64,000 nt of DNA from Mobula hypostoma (taxonomy: Eukaryota): positions 199,332,001 to 199,396,000 of the forward strand of contig NC_086097.1 of the NCBI RefSeq assembly GCF_963921235.1. The letters are read 5' to 3'. The first letter of the stretch is position 1; every line of letters starts with the position of its first letter. A program made the translations under genes and the position numbers. The notes under the pieces were generated by a model. The model saw nothing but the letters and a program-made list of their open reading frames with translations, was not told where the DNA came from and made no database searches. Shown piece by piece: positions 49,610 to 63,159 of the stretch.

Positions 49610-52230
49610 TGAATGAATGAATGAATGAATTGAATGGATTGACTTTATTTCTTCCATCCACATACATGAGTAAAAATCTTTGTTACGTCTCCATCTAAAT
49701 GTGCCATGTGCAATCATAGTAATTTATAATAATTTATAATAAATAGAACAGTCAATGTAATATTGACTACACTCAAATCAGCGTGAGTTCATCAGTCTGA
49801 TGACCTGGTGGAAGAAGCTGTCCCAGAGCCTGTTGGTCTTGGCTTTTATGCTGCAGTACCATTTCCTAGATGGTAGCAGCTGGAATAGATTGTAGTTGGG
49901 ATGGCTTGGGTCACCAATGATCCTACTGGCCCTTTTTACACACCTGTCCTTGTAAGCACCCTGAATCATGGGAAGTTCACATCTACAGATGTGCTGGACT
50001 GTCCGCACCACTCTCTGCAGAATCCTTCAATTGAGGGAGGTACAGTTCCCATACCAGGCAGTGATGCAGCCAGTCAGGATGCTCTCAGTTGGGCTCCTGT
50101 AGAAAGTTCTTAGGATCTGGGGGCCCATACCAAACTTCCTCAACCATCTGAGGTGAAAGAGGCGCTGTTGTGCCTTTTTCACCAGACAGCTGTGTGTACA
50201 GTCCACGTGAGGTCCTTGGTGATGTGGATGCTGAGGAACTTGAAGCTGTTTACCCTCTCAACCCCAGATCCATTGATGTCCTTGGGGGTTAGCCCATCTC
50301 CATTCCTCTTGTAGTCTATAACCAGCTCCTTTGTTTTTGCGACATTGAGGGAGAGGTTGTTTTCTTGACACCACTGTGTCAGAGAGATGACTTTTTCCCT
50401 GTAGGTCACTTCGTTATTGTTTGAGATAAGCCAATTAATGTAGTGTCATCAGCAAATTTAATTAGCAGATTGGAGCTGTGGGTGGCGATACAGTCATGGT
50501 TATACAGGGAGTAAAGGAGAGGACTCAGTATGCAGCCCTGAGGGGCTCCTGTATTGAGAGTCAGAGGGTTGGAGGTGGGAGAGCCCACTCTTACAACTTG
50601 CTGGCGATCTGACAAGAGGTCCAGGATCTAGCTGAACAAGGCAGGGTCAAGTGCCAGAGGATTGGAGAGTGGCTCTTGTTGTTCCGTTGTTTAAAAAAGG
50701 ATCGAAAAGTAATCCAAGAAATTATAGGGCAGTGAGTTTAACGTCAGTAGTAGGTAAGTTATTGGAGGGAGTACTAAGAGACAGAATCTACAAGCATTTG
50801 GACAGACAGGGGCTTATCAGGGAGAGTCAACATGGCTTTGTGCATGGTAGGTCATGTTTGACCAATCTGTTGGAGTTTTTCGAGGAGGTTACCAGGAAAG
50901 TGGATGAAGGGAAGGCAGTGAATATTGTCTACATGGACTTCAGTAAGGCCTTTGACAAGGTCCCGCATGGGAGGTTAGTTAGGAAAATTCTAGCATTACA
51001 TGGAGAGGTGGTAAATTGGATTAGACATTGGCTCAATGGAAGAAGCCAAAGAGTGGTAGTAGAGAATTGTTTCTCTGAGTGGAGGCCTGTGACTAGTGGT
51101 GTGCCACAGGGATCAGTGCTGGGTCCATTGTTATTTGTCATCTATATCAATGATCTGGATGATAATGTGGTAAATTGGATCAGCAAGTTTGCTGATGATA
51201 CAAAGATTGGAGGTGTAGTAGACAGTGAGGAAGGTTTTCAGAGCCTGCAGAGGGACTTGGACCAACTGGAAAAATGGGCTGAAAAATGGCAGATGGAGTT
51301 TAATACTGACAAGTGTGAGGTATTGCACGTTGGAAGGACAAACCAACGTAGAACATACAGGGTTAATGGTAAGGCACTGAGGAGTGCAGTGGAACAGAGG
51401 GATCTGGGAATACAGATACAAAATTCCCTAAAAGTGTCGTCACAGGTAGATAGGGTCGTAAAGAGAGCTTTTGGTACATTGGCCTTTATTAATCGAAGTA
51501 TTGAGTATAAGAGCTGGAATGTTATGATGAGGTTGTATAAGGCATTGGTGAGGCCGAATCTGGAGTATTGTGTTCAGTTTTGGTCACCAAATTACAGGAA
51601 GGATATAAATAAGGTTGAAAGAGTGCAGAGAAGGTTTACAAGGATGTTGCCGGGACTTGAGAAACTCAGTTACACAGAAAGGTTGAATAGGTTAGGACTT
51701 TATTCCCTGGAGCGTAGAAGAATGAGGGGAGATTTAATAGAGGTATATAAAATTATGATGGGTATAGATAGAGTGAATGCAAGCAGGCTTTCTCCACTGA
51801 GGCAAGGGGAGAAAAAAACCAGAGGACATGGGTTAAGGGTGAAGGGGGTAAAGTTTAAAGGGAACATTAGGGGGGGTTTCTTCACACAGAGAGTGGTGGG
51901 AGTATGGAATGAGCTGCCAGACGAGGTGGTAAATGCGGGTTCTTTTTTAACATTTAAGAATAAATTGGACAGATACATGGATGGGAGGTGTATGGAGGGA
52001 TATGGTCCGTGTGCAGGTCAGTGGGACTAGGCAGAAAATGGTTCGGCATAGCCAAGAAGGGCCAAAGGGCCTGTTTCTGTGCTGTAGTTTCTATGGTTCT
52101 ATGGTTCTATGGTTCAAGGCTGAGGTCCCTGAGCTTCTTGTCGAGCCTGGATGGAACTATGATGTTGAATGCTGAACTGTAGTCCAAGAATAGCATTCTC
52201 ACATAAGCTTCCTTTTTCTCCAGATGTGTA
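49610..52230 (-). mobile_element. Younger Rex1-like LINE fragment interrupted by CR1
   Basis: TGAPQGCILSPLLYSLY, KFADDTT and WCQENNLSLNVAKTKEL; (GAAT)n tail on +; resumes at 52114. Confidence 0.85.
50651..52113 (+). mobile_element. Young CR1 LINE, 5'-truncated, with uninterrupted 459-codon RT frame
   Basis: Complete RT motif set to the stop at 52030; (CTATGGTT)3 tail; TCAAG at both junctions. Confidence 0.96.
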
Positions 52231-53911
52231 TATATAGAAATAGAAAAAATAGTGAAGTAGTGTACATGTTTCATTGTCCCTTCAGATATCCGATGGCAGA
52301 GGGAAAGAAGCTGTTCCTAAAATGTTGAGTGTGTCTTCAGGCTCCCGTACATCCTCCTTGATGGTAGCAATTAGAAGAGGGTATGTATGGGGTGATACTG
52401 TTCCTTAATGATGGATGCCACCTTTTTGAAGCACTGCCTTTTGAAGATGCTGGGAAGACTATTGTCCACGATAGAGCTGGCTCTGTTTGCAACTTTCTGC
52501 AGCTTTTTCAATCCTGTGCAGTGGCCACTCCATGCCAGACAGTAATGCAAGCTGTTAGAATGCTCTCCATCTGTATAAATTTATGGTGGCTTACCAAATC
52601 TCCTCAAACTCCTAATGAAATATAGCTGATGTCACGCCTTTTTTTGTAATTGCATCAATATGTTGGGCTCAGGAGAGATCTTAAGAGATGTGTGAAACTT
52701 GAAAGGTCTCACACTTTCCACTGCTGATCTCTTGATAAGGACTCATGTGTGTTCCCGCGACTTCCCCTTTCTGAAGTCTACGGTGAATCCCTGGTCTTAC
52801 TGACACTAATTGCAAAGCTGTTGCAGTGACACTGCTCAACCAACTGATCTATCTCACTCTTATATGCCTCCTCGTCACCATCTGAAATTCTGCCAAAAAT
52901 AATTGTATCATCTGCAAACATAGATGGTATTTGTGCTTTTCCTAGCCACACAGACATGGGTCTATAGGGAGTAGAGCAGTGGGCTGTGGGCCAGTGTATG
53001 CTCTCAGCGAGGAGGAGATGTTATTACCAAACTACTCTGACTGTGGTCTCCCAGCGAGGAAGTCAATGATCCAGTGCAGAGGGAGGTAGAGAGGTTCAGG
53101 TTTTGGAGCTTGTTGATTAGAACTGAGTTTGTGATTGTATTGAACACTGAGCTGTAATCAATAAACAGCAGCGTGATGTAGGTATTGTTATTGTTCAGGT
53201 AATCCGAGACCTGGTGTAGAGTCAGTGAGATTGCATGCCCTGCAGACCTATTGGATTGAGACAAATTACAGCAAGTTCAGACCTTACTTAGGCAGGACTG
53301 GCCATGACTAAAGCACTTCAATCCAAACAGTAACATAGTAGATGTGAGTATACTTGGGTGACAGCTGCTGAGGCAGTTTACCCTGCTCTTCTTGGGCACT
53401 GGCATCCTTTTTGCCCTTTTGAAACAGGTGGGAATCTTCAACTGCAGCGGTGAGAGGTTGAAGATATCCTTGAACACTGTCACCAGCTGGTTGTCACAGG
53501 TTTACTGTGTCCTGCCATGTACACCATCAGTGCCTGACACCTTGCGAAGGTTTAGCCTATTGATAGATGCTCTAATATTGTCCTCTGAGACAGTGATTGT
53601 AGGGTCACCAGAGCTGCAGGGATTTACTAGGTCTAGTTTTATTCTCCCTTTCAAAGTGTGCGTAAAAGGCATTGAGCTCACCTGGGAGTGAAGCAGCACA
53701 ACTATTTATGGTGTTAGTTTTCACCTTGCAGGAAGTAATGACCTGCAAACCCTGCCAGAGCTGGTATGCATCAGATTCCATTTCTAACTTTAATTAATAT
53801 TATCCAAACTTTTGGTCTAAAATTGTCACTTCATCACACAATTGCCAAATGCTCATGCTGTAACTTCCGTAGTTTTCTGGAAATAATTGCCCTTGCCTCA
53901 ACAGAAGTTGA

Positions 53912-54850
53912 CCTGGATGAGGAAGTGAAGGGATGGGTTAGTAAGTTTGCTGCTGACACAAAAGTTGGGGGTGTTGTGGATAGTGTGGAGGGCTGTCAGA
54001 GGTTACAGCGGGGCATTGATAGGATGCAAAACTGGGCTGAGAAGTGGCAGATGGAGTTCAACCCAGATAAGTGTGAAGTAGTTCATTCTGGTAGGTCAAA
54101 TATGATGGCAGAATATAGTATTAATGATAAGACTCTTGGCAATGTGAAGGATCAGAGGGACCTTGGGTTCGAAGTCCATAGGACGCTCAAAGCAGCTGCA
54201 CAGGTTGACTCTGTGGTTAAGAAGGCATATGGTGTATTGGCCTTCATCAATCGTGGAACTGAATTTAAGAGCCAAGTGGTAATATTGCAGCTATATAGGA
54301 CCCTGGTCAGACCCCACTTGGGGTACTGTGCTCAGTTCTGGTTGCCTCACTACAGGAAGGATGTGGAAACCATAGAAAGGATGCAGAGGAGACTTACAAG
54401 AATGTTGCCTGGATTTGGGAGCATGCCTTATGAAAACAGGTTGAGCGAACTCAGCCTTTTCTCCTTGGAGCGATGGAGGATGAGAGGTGACCTGATAGAG
54501 GTGTATAAGATGATGAGGGGCATTGATCATGTGGATAGTCAGAGGCTTTTTCTTGGGGCTGAAATAGCTGCCACAAGGGGGTACAGGTTTAAGGTGCTGG
54601 GGAGTAGGTACAGAGGAGATGTCAGGGGTAAGAGTTTTACGCAGAGAGTGGTAAGTGTGTGGAATGGGCTGCTGGCAACAGTGGTGGAGGCAGATACAAT
54701 AGGTTCTTTAAGAGACTTTTGGAAAGGTACATGGAGCTTAGAAAAATGGAAGGCTATGGGTAACCCTAGTAATTTCTAAGGTAGGGGCATGTTCGGCACA
54801 GCTTTGTGGGCCGAAGGACCTGTATTGTGCTGTAGGTTTTCTATGTTTCT
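53912..54850 (+). mobile_element. CR1 LINE 3' part (family B)
   Basis: KFAADTK...WAEKWQMEFN; AAGTTGA at 53905-53911 and 54851-54857 (TSD). Confidence 0.93.
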
Positions 54851-54959
54851 AAGTTGATTGTCGTCATGTGATTCCTTTGCTATGTGGTCAGCATTTACAA
54901 TAACTTTCATGGCTCCCACTGAGGAAAAGGCTCTAAAAGAGGCAGAAAAGAGGAAAGAA

Positions 54960-55390
54960 GAGAATGCAGATGCTGAAATGGAGTCTAAGTGGAGTCTGAA
55001 TGCTGGAAGAGCTCAGTGGGTCAAGTAACATTTGTGGAGGAATAAGGAGTATGTCAATGTTTCAGTTTGAGACTTTGTATCAAGTCTGAGAAAGAACAGG
55101 AAACCTTGCTGCCATATGGGATGGGACATGTTTGGGTGGGGGTGGTGATGGGTGGAATAGAGGTTGATTGGAGATAGCTGGAACCAGCTGGAAAGGGAAG
55201 GGTACCTTTTATAGCTTCAATCCCATTTTCCCCCTCCACTCACAATGTATAGCTATATGCAGGCAATGTTTCCTGTTCTCTCTCTGTCCAGATGCAAGGT
55301 TTCAATCGAAAATATTGACTTGCACCTTTTGTCTCCAAAGATCTCAGTTCTTCCAACACTCCATTTCTGTTTCTGAAAAACATGAGGAGA
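54960..55390. mobile_element. Old Penelope-derived remnant with inverted decayed hammerheads
   Basis: TGCAGATGCTG start; hammerhead-like remnants at ~55053-55088 (-) and ~55284-55320 (+). Confidence 0.5.
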
Positions 55391-56419
55391 CTGCATGCTG
55401 AGATGAATCATTTTCTCTTTGATGAGTTTTCTCCTGGAAGCCTCTGTCATGTGGAGGATTGAAACAGTTAGATGAAGTGAGAGAGTATTATTGACCACTA
55501 ATGGGTTTGCAGGATTGTAATATTACTTTGATCAGATCCAATTATAGCAAACCAAATGAACTGCAGATTTCTCCTGCTGACATTTTTTCTGTTGTGCCCC
55601 ACTGTGTAGCTGAAGCAGTCAACTACTGTAAAATCTTGATAAGGAACTCATTTGGAATCTCATGTCAGATCTGTCTTTGCTGAATGATTTTGGACCGCAC
55701 TGGTTTGAAATATGAGTCCCTCAGTTCATCTCTCTGCCCATTGCATGCCTGATTTTTATATTGCTATGTGCATTGCTCCCAGCTGCTGATTAGTCACCAG
55801 TTACACTGAGCAGCAGCCAAAATAGTTTAAGATTTCAACCAAATGGAGCTGAAATGAGCAAATTATATTTGGTGCAGACATCATTACTTAGAAAGTCCTG
55901 CTTTTCAGGAAATGGAGAGAATTTTCATCAAGCCACTGGTGCTACTGGATCAGTCATCAAGCATCAACCTGTTATATTCAGTTCTGGTAGATCAGTGCAG
56001 AATGTGTCATTAGGATTGTCCCAGCTGATGGTTGATGCCTAACATTGGTGTGGATTGGAATCTAAAACTAAGACTGAACTTTTAAAAAGGCTCTGGCTCA
56101 ACTACTCAAACTCCAGCAGCTCATTCTATATATGGATCACCCTCTGGGTGAAAAAGCTAATCCTCTTGTTCCTTTTCTCCTCTCACATTAAACCTATGCT
56201 CTCTTTTTTTAACACAATATTTTTATTAAATTTTACATATATTTCGCATATACAAATAAACAATAATAATAATTAAACTAAATAGTGAAACATGCCCTCA
56301 TGTTTTTCACCATCATCAAAGGAAAAGAAATATAACATTACAAAAAGTCCACATATTTAACAAAGAAAAAAAATAAAATCACATGAGAAAAAAACATAAA
56401 AACACTCAACAATACACAG

Positions 56420-59400
56420 CTATTTCAAAATGACTGTGCACCTTGACATCCAAGAAACTCTAAAAGGTTTCCACACATTTTCAAATTTTCCTGCCCTTCC
56501 TCTGGTTACATAAGTCAGTCTCTCCAATACAATACAAGATGCCATCTCCTTCACCCATACATGTATCGAAGGTATATCCATTTTTTTTTCAAGATAAAGC
56601 TATTATCCTCCTGGCCTGCAGGAGTCCAAAGTCAATTAAAGTTGACTGTTTTGAACTAACAGTAAAGTTTTTTGGATATATACCTAGTACACACATTTTT
56701 GCTTGGTGAGGCACCTTTACTCCAAAAATCTCAGATGTAGTCTGAACAAGTATTTTCCAGTATTTTTTAAATTTTTGACAGTCCCATACACAGTAAAACA
56801 GAGTACCTTTTTCTTCTAAACATTTAACACAAGTGTTCGGGATGTCAGGGGACCAACGGTTCAGTTTGACCAGGGTAATATAAATTCTCATTAACCATTT
56901 GTGTTGTAATAGCTTTATTCTCATATTAATTGATTGTTTTTGGGATTTTAAAGATGCCATTTCCCACTCAGTTTCTTGTATGTCCTCTTGAGCATCCAAT
57001 CTCCATACCTCTACCCTGTCAATGGTGGACTCCTTATCATATGACATCAAAGCTATATAGAATAAAGAAATCTGACTCCTCCCCTTTAGGTTTAGAAATG
57101 GGAGATTTTCAAGATGTGATAGTGGTGATTCAGATATTAAATGCTTATATTTTGATAATATGAAATGTTTCAGTTGCAAATATTTAAAAAAGCGTTTTTT
57201 AGGAATATGGTACATCTGACACAATTGATCAAATATCATAAGATTACTTTTCATATAAAGGTCCTCTATTTTCTGCACACCTTTGTCAGCCCAGATTCTG
57301 AAACCACCATCTGCTCTTCCTGCCCTGAAGTATGTATTGCCCCATATTGGAAAAAGGGAGAAATGGGAGGAGTATGTCTAATATGCTGATGTGCTTTATA
57401 CTAGATGTCAATAGCATTTTTGAGGAAAGGGTTCTTGGTTGTTCTTTTCAAATTTCTTGGGTCTGCAGAGTACAGATAGAGCTTTAATGGGAGGTTTGGT
57501 ACTGATGCCTGTTCAATATTCACCCAGGCTGCAAGGGCCTCCATTGAGAAATAAAACATTGCAGAATGTAACTGAGCAGACCAATAATACCATTTCAGGT
57601 TCGGGAGCCGTAGCCCTCCCCTTTCATAGGGCAGGTGTAGCAGCCTAAGTCTCAGTCTAGATTTTTTATTATTCCAAATGAATTTACTAAAGATACTGTC
57701 AAGCTTATCAAAAAATAATTTTGGTAGTGGGAGAGGAAGTGATTCAAAAAGGTATAGAAATTTTGGTAATATATACATTTTGACCATGTTTATATGGCCA
57801 ATCATTGATATGGGCATTGTTATCTATCGATCAACATCTCCTTCACTTCGTCCAGGAGTGGCTCATAGTTTGCTGGGACGATTGTTTTAATTTCAGGGGT
57901 AATTTTGACACCTTTGCGTTTATAAATGGGGTTTTTATGACTGGTTTCAATCTTTCTTCTTTGTTCAAAAATAGTATTGATGATTTTGAGTTGTTAATGT
58001 TATAACCAGAGAACTGCCCAAACAATTCAATCTGTTGCATTAGGTTTGGGATACTGACGGATAAATTTGTTAGAAAAAGAATCTCGTTGTCAGCATATAA
58101 GGATATTTTATGTTCCTGTTCTCCTAACTGGATGCCCGACAGGCCTGTCTGTGTTCTTATTGTCATAGCCAGGGGTTCTATGGCCAGTATAAACAACATC
58201 GGTGACAAAGGACATCCCTGGCGAGTAGATCATTCCAAGATGACTGGTTTAGAAACTATACTGTTTGTTAAGGCACTGGCTATTGGGTTTGTATATAAAA
58301 TCTGAATCCATTTAAGGAAGTTCTTTCCAAATCCAAATCTAGGCAATACATTAAATAAATCCAGCTATTCTATTCTATCGAAGACCTTCTGAGCATCCAG
58401 TGATAGTACTGCTGTACCTTTAGCATCAAATTTTTCATGAATTATGTTAAGAACTCTTTTAATATTATGAAATCCTTGGCGTTTTTGCACAAAACCATTC
58501 TGATCATTATGAACTAGATATGGAATATAAGAATCTAATCTTCTTGCTAAGGCTTTACGAAGTATTTTTATGCTAAATCCAGTTAGACTTATCGGTCTAA
58601 ATGAGGAACATTCTGTAGGCGGTTTGCCTAGTTTCAAGATCAGTGTTACCGTTGCCAGCCTTAAAGAGGGTGGGAGAGCTCCATTCCGATAAGATTCGTC
58701 ACACATATTTAAGAGTGGGACTAGTTATTTTTCTTGAAATGTTTTGTAGAATTTAATTGGTAGGCCGTCTGGCCCTGGCGCTTTACCAGTATTAATATTT
58801 TGGATAACCTGTGGTATCTCTTTAATCGTTATACCTTTATCTAACTCTTGTTTTGCATCTTCTGTCAGTGCCTGGAATTGAAACTGATCAAGAAATGTAT
58901 CCTGTTCTCCTGAGGCTTGGGAATATTCTGATCTATATAAATGTTCATAAGATCACTAAAACTGTTATTAATTTCCAGTGGGTCTGCTGTTAGGCTTTCT
59001 GAAGAGGTTATTATACTGTTAATTGCTCTATCAGACTGTATTTTTTAAATTCTCCAAGCCAAGAGTTTCCCAGCTTTTTCTCCTTGATCATAACACGATT
59101 GCTTCAGCCACATTAAACTTTTTGCAGCTTTATCAGCAGATAATTTATTATATTTGGCCCTCAAAAGTAGCAAATCTCTTTGTTTTGTTGGATCATCCCT
59201 TTCATTTAGTTCTATCTCTAAAGATTTAATTTGTTTTTCCAAAGTTTCCATCTCTATTTTTTGTTGTTTGGCCTTGGAGCTTGTATAACTAATGATTTCT
59301 CCTCTAATATATGCTTTGAACACCTCCCATCTCATGCTGGCACTAGTTTGATCTGTATTTAACTCAAAATAACTATCTATTTTAGTTCCCACAAATTTAA

Positions 59401-60210
59401 CAAAGTCTGGGTTTTGTAGCCATCTCACCTGATAGCCCCAGTTAGGGGGACTGTGAGTAAATTTCTCTATATGAATACTTAATGAAATAGCAGTATGGTC
59501 GCTTATTACTATGCTATCATACCAGCAACTTTAACCTTTGATAAGAGCTCTCTTGAGACAAGAAAATAATCAATACGAGAACAAGATCTACATGTACTTG
59601 AATGACAAGAGTATTCAATTTTGCCAGAGTTTTGTTCTCTCCATACTACAATCAAACTTATATCCACAATGTACTGTTTTACTAATTTTCTAGTTTGTGC
59701 CTTATAGCTATCACAGCCTGTAGAGTGATCCATTGCTGGCTTTAAAGTACAATTAAAGTCTCCTCCAATGATATAAACGCCTCATAAAGTGGACACAGTA
59801 AGGAAAAAATCTTCAAAAAATTTAGGACTATCCTCATTTGGGCCATATATACTGACTAGGTTTAATGTGAAAGAAAGGATATTACCTTGCATAATAACAT
59901 ACCTTCTGGCTGAGTCTTGGATTGTTTTTATAATTTGAAATGGTACCGTTCTATGAATAAGGATAAGTACACCTCTAGCATAGTTGTTGTATGTTGCATA
60001 TATTACTTGGCCAGGCCACCTATTCCATACCAATTTAATATCTGAGACTGTCAGATGGGTTTCTTGAAGAAAAATTATTTTGGACTTAAGCTGTTTGATC
60101 CTATTTATAATCTGTTTCAATTTGGTTAACTTCTTTAGTCCCCTAACATTCCAGCTTGTGACGTTTATATTAAACGTATTCTGAGTGCTCGTTTGTTCCA
60201 TATATAGCAC
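56420..60210 (-). pseudogene. L1 ORF2 (APE endonuclease, RT, C-terminal Cys-rich domain), fragmented
   Basis: SWNVRGL, FLQETHL, SRIDYFL, SFRPISL, LSLDAQKVFDRIE, LYADN and CVKC...CVWDC. Confidence 0.92.
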
Positions 60211-60836
60211 ATGTCAATTATACCAGGAAAAGGAGTAAGAAATATTATTGCTGTGTTGGGTGCACAGAAAACAGAAAACACATATATTTTTACACATATA
60301 GACATTTGAACTCTTGAATTCCCCCTCCCTTACCCAAAACAAAAAATTATAGGGCTTGTGCTGATCCGCTCTATGGAGGAGCAGCCAAACTACGCAGACG
60401 TAACTTTATAGGCAACTAGTGGTGTCCATCAACCAGGCACCTTATGTCCATATCTTGAACATTATATACTCAACCCACTTAACGTAAAAATAAAATCAAA
60501 GTAGCCACTGAACTGTATGCCAGTATTGCCTATTTTAAATATTCATTCAGGTCCATGGAGTTCCATCCCAATAGAATTAAGGTTTCAACAAACAAAAATG
60601 TTATAAATAATAAAAATAGGCAAAATAATAAAGCTATTCTGAAGGCGTAAACAACCTCTTAAATACAGTATCGTTTCAAGAATAGAATAAAAGAGGCTAG
60701 AGTGGCAGTTCCAGTTAAAAAAATAAAAGAAGTGAAAAAAGATGTCTTCTGGGACTCAGTGTAGGCTTATACCTGTTAAGCAGTCAGTATCAGCTGATTC
60801 TCATGGGTATGGAAGTAAACAAATCTCACCACTGCC

Positions 60837-61735
60837 TTAATCAGACCTCTCAGGCGTGTCCTCGATGGAAATCTTCCACCTCTTTTGGTGATGAAAACAG
60901 GTGCATTTTCCTCTTGTGAAGGACCCTCATCTTGCATGGATTATGTTGAAATCCGCAGAATGTTCCCTTTTCGACGAACACTCTTCTGACCGTGTGAACT
61001 CATTTCCCTGTCGCATGGTCTCAGCTGAGAAGTCCTGAGCGAAGAAAAGCTTGTTTCCCTCATACGTGATATTACATTGTTTAGTGAAGCGGAAAACAAA
61101 CTCCCGATCCCAAAATCTCAGGAACCAAATGAGAACCGCTCTGCTCTGGTTTGGTTTTGGCGGTGCTAGAGTTCGGTGAACTCTTTCTGGAATGAAGGAA
61201 CTGTAGGTGTCCAGCTCCAACCAGCGCGGTAGCATGTTTTGTATAAACTCCAGCAGTGGTTGGTTTCCCTCAGCGCCCTCCTGGAGGCGGAACAACCGCA
61301 AGTTTTTCCTTCGACTCCGATTCTCCAGGTCTTCAGTCTTAGATTCCAAGTAGGCGATTCGTTTCATGGTGTTGGTTAGTTCAGTCTTGTTCTTTTCCAG
61401 GTGCTCCTCTGTCGTCATTATTCGGTTTTCAGCCTCTTTCATCCGTGTGATATTTTAGAAGCAACATTTCCCTTCACCTCCGACATATTGTTTTCCAAGG
61501 CAGTGACAGAGCTGGCCATCTTACCCAGGCGGTCATCTATGCTGTCCAGTTTGGATCAAAATCCTCCAAATTCAGAGCGAAATAACTTTAGTTCAACTAG
61601 AACCGCCATTAGCTCCGCCATGCTACTAGTAGCTTCCTCGTCTTGCTCTGTTGATGAAGTGTTGATTTTCGATTTTTGGGAGCTGCGTCTTCAGGTGCAA
61701 ATATTAAAGTCATTGATTGTAGTCATTTTTGACAT
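60837..61735 (-). pseudogene. L1 ORF1 (coiled coil and RRM), with stops and frameshifts
   Basis: EDLENRSRRKNLRLF and ERVHR motifs; ATG at 61735 followed by in-frame stops. Confidence 0.9.
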
Positions 61736-61811
61736 AGTCTGAGTTCAGTTGGTTACTAACTTAGGGTTTTAAAGTTGTTTAGTGCAAGGTTGTACGGAGC
61801 CTCCACTTTAA

Positions 61812-61823
61812 GCTGCCATCTTG
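61812..61823 (-). promoter_or_regulatory. YY1-type motif at the L1 5' end
   Basis: CAAGATGGCAGC about 20 nt after the 5' G run. Confidence 0.7.
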
Positions 61824-63159
61824 GTTCGTGGCTCCATAGCACCCCCCCCCCCATCCTCTCTTTTTAGTGTTGTCGTGCACTGCTCTTTATTTAATTTGGG
61901 AAAAATCCCACTACCTACACAAGGCCTAGCAGGGACTCAGTTGTGGACTAATGACCAAATAGTGACCACTCTTTTCAGGGTTCAGTAGTGTTTGAGACAT
62001 TTCTGAGAGAGGTATTTAGGGTCCAAATGTGTGCTATCTTGCTATTCTCTGCCTAGTGATTGATTAATACAATGATTAACAGAGAGTCTGGCAAATACTT
62101 TATGGTTTTTAATGCAGGAATACGCTAAGCCAAGAAAATGCTGAGATCACCCATCCAAGTTAAAGGAATTCAAGGTCGTCACTAAAATTTTAATTGAATC
62201 AATATTAGTCGAGGCCAGATAAAATTAAGTATAAAACAAAGCACTGAACATAACCACGAAAAATGTTCTGAATGAGCTTCAAGTAGGGGACATATAAAAT
62301 GTAATTACAAAGTTATACTAATGTTACAGATCAGGAAAAATAAATTACACCAGAAGGTAAATGATATGAATTCAATTAGAATCTTTGAAAGAAACTGCTC
62401 CAAGTTTGTTGAGGAATGTAATTGAGGATTATGGATAAATCAGCAATACAAAATACACTTTAGCTCCCATATCCATCTCTAGGTTAATACACCATTTGAA
62501 ATGCAAATTAATTTTAAAATCGATGATCTTATCCACACTAAAGAGTCATAGATTTTTTTTCCCTGCAAAGAAGACTTTTTAATAGAAACCCCGCTAACAG
62601 CAAAAAGGAATTGAGCAAAAATCAAAGGATGTAACTTATGCTAAGGTTTTTCATATGGGGATACATACATTACATCCTAAAAGGTGCATTATGAAATATT
62701 ACAGGCTGATACAAATTTCTTCTTTACGGAGAAGATTAAATAAGGGAACTCTGACATAGCAAGGAGCACAGTCTATATCATGTACACTCTTCTAAAAGAT
62801 GTAGTTTTCTTGTCTTCATTCAGGTAGCAAAATCTTATCTCCTGGTTCAGCACCAAAAGAAGCAATTCAAACCCTCTACTCCAGCTTTTCAAATAAAAAC
62901 AAAAGTAAGCATATTTTTCTCCATAAGTATTTATCCAGCTGCCTTTGAATGATACAATTGAATGTATTATTCACCATTCTGTAAGGTAGTAAAATCCAAA
63001 TACTAACCACTCTGCAAAAAAATTCTTATTCTCATATCAACTCTAGTTCTTTCACCAATCATTTGAAATCTGCCTTTGTTTATCAAACCCTTAGTCTTTG
63101 GATACTGATTTTTTTCTTCCTTCTGTATAAATACTATTTTACTTTAAATTCTTGAACAT

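Larger units (their letters stand above)
49480..53800 (-). mobile_element. Older Rex1/Babar-like LINE (outer layer of a triple nest)
   Basis: Tail at 49480-49600 resembles 42535-42600; body resumes ~52235; LLFIDYSSVFNTI and DIFNLS...PTCFK motifs. Confidence 0.75.
56209..61852 (-). mobile_element. Full-length decayed L1-clade LINE with TSD
   Basis: G11 5' end, YY1 motif, ORF1, ORF2, AATAAA and short A tail; TSD ATGCTCTCTTTTT (56196-56208) / ATCCTCTCTTTTT (61853-61865). Confidence 0.93.

Noticed and set aside
53766..54779. 337-aa ORF with a novel N-terminus as a domesticated gene
   Set aside because: Chance read-in from flank into a truncated CR1; catalytic FADD is mutated to FAAD and the C-terminus is frameshifted.
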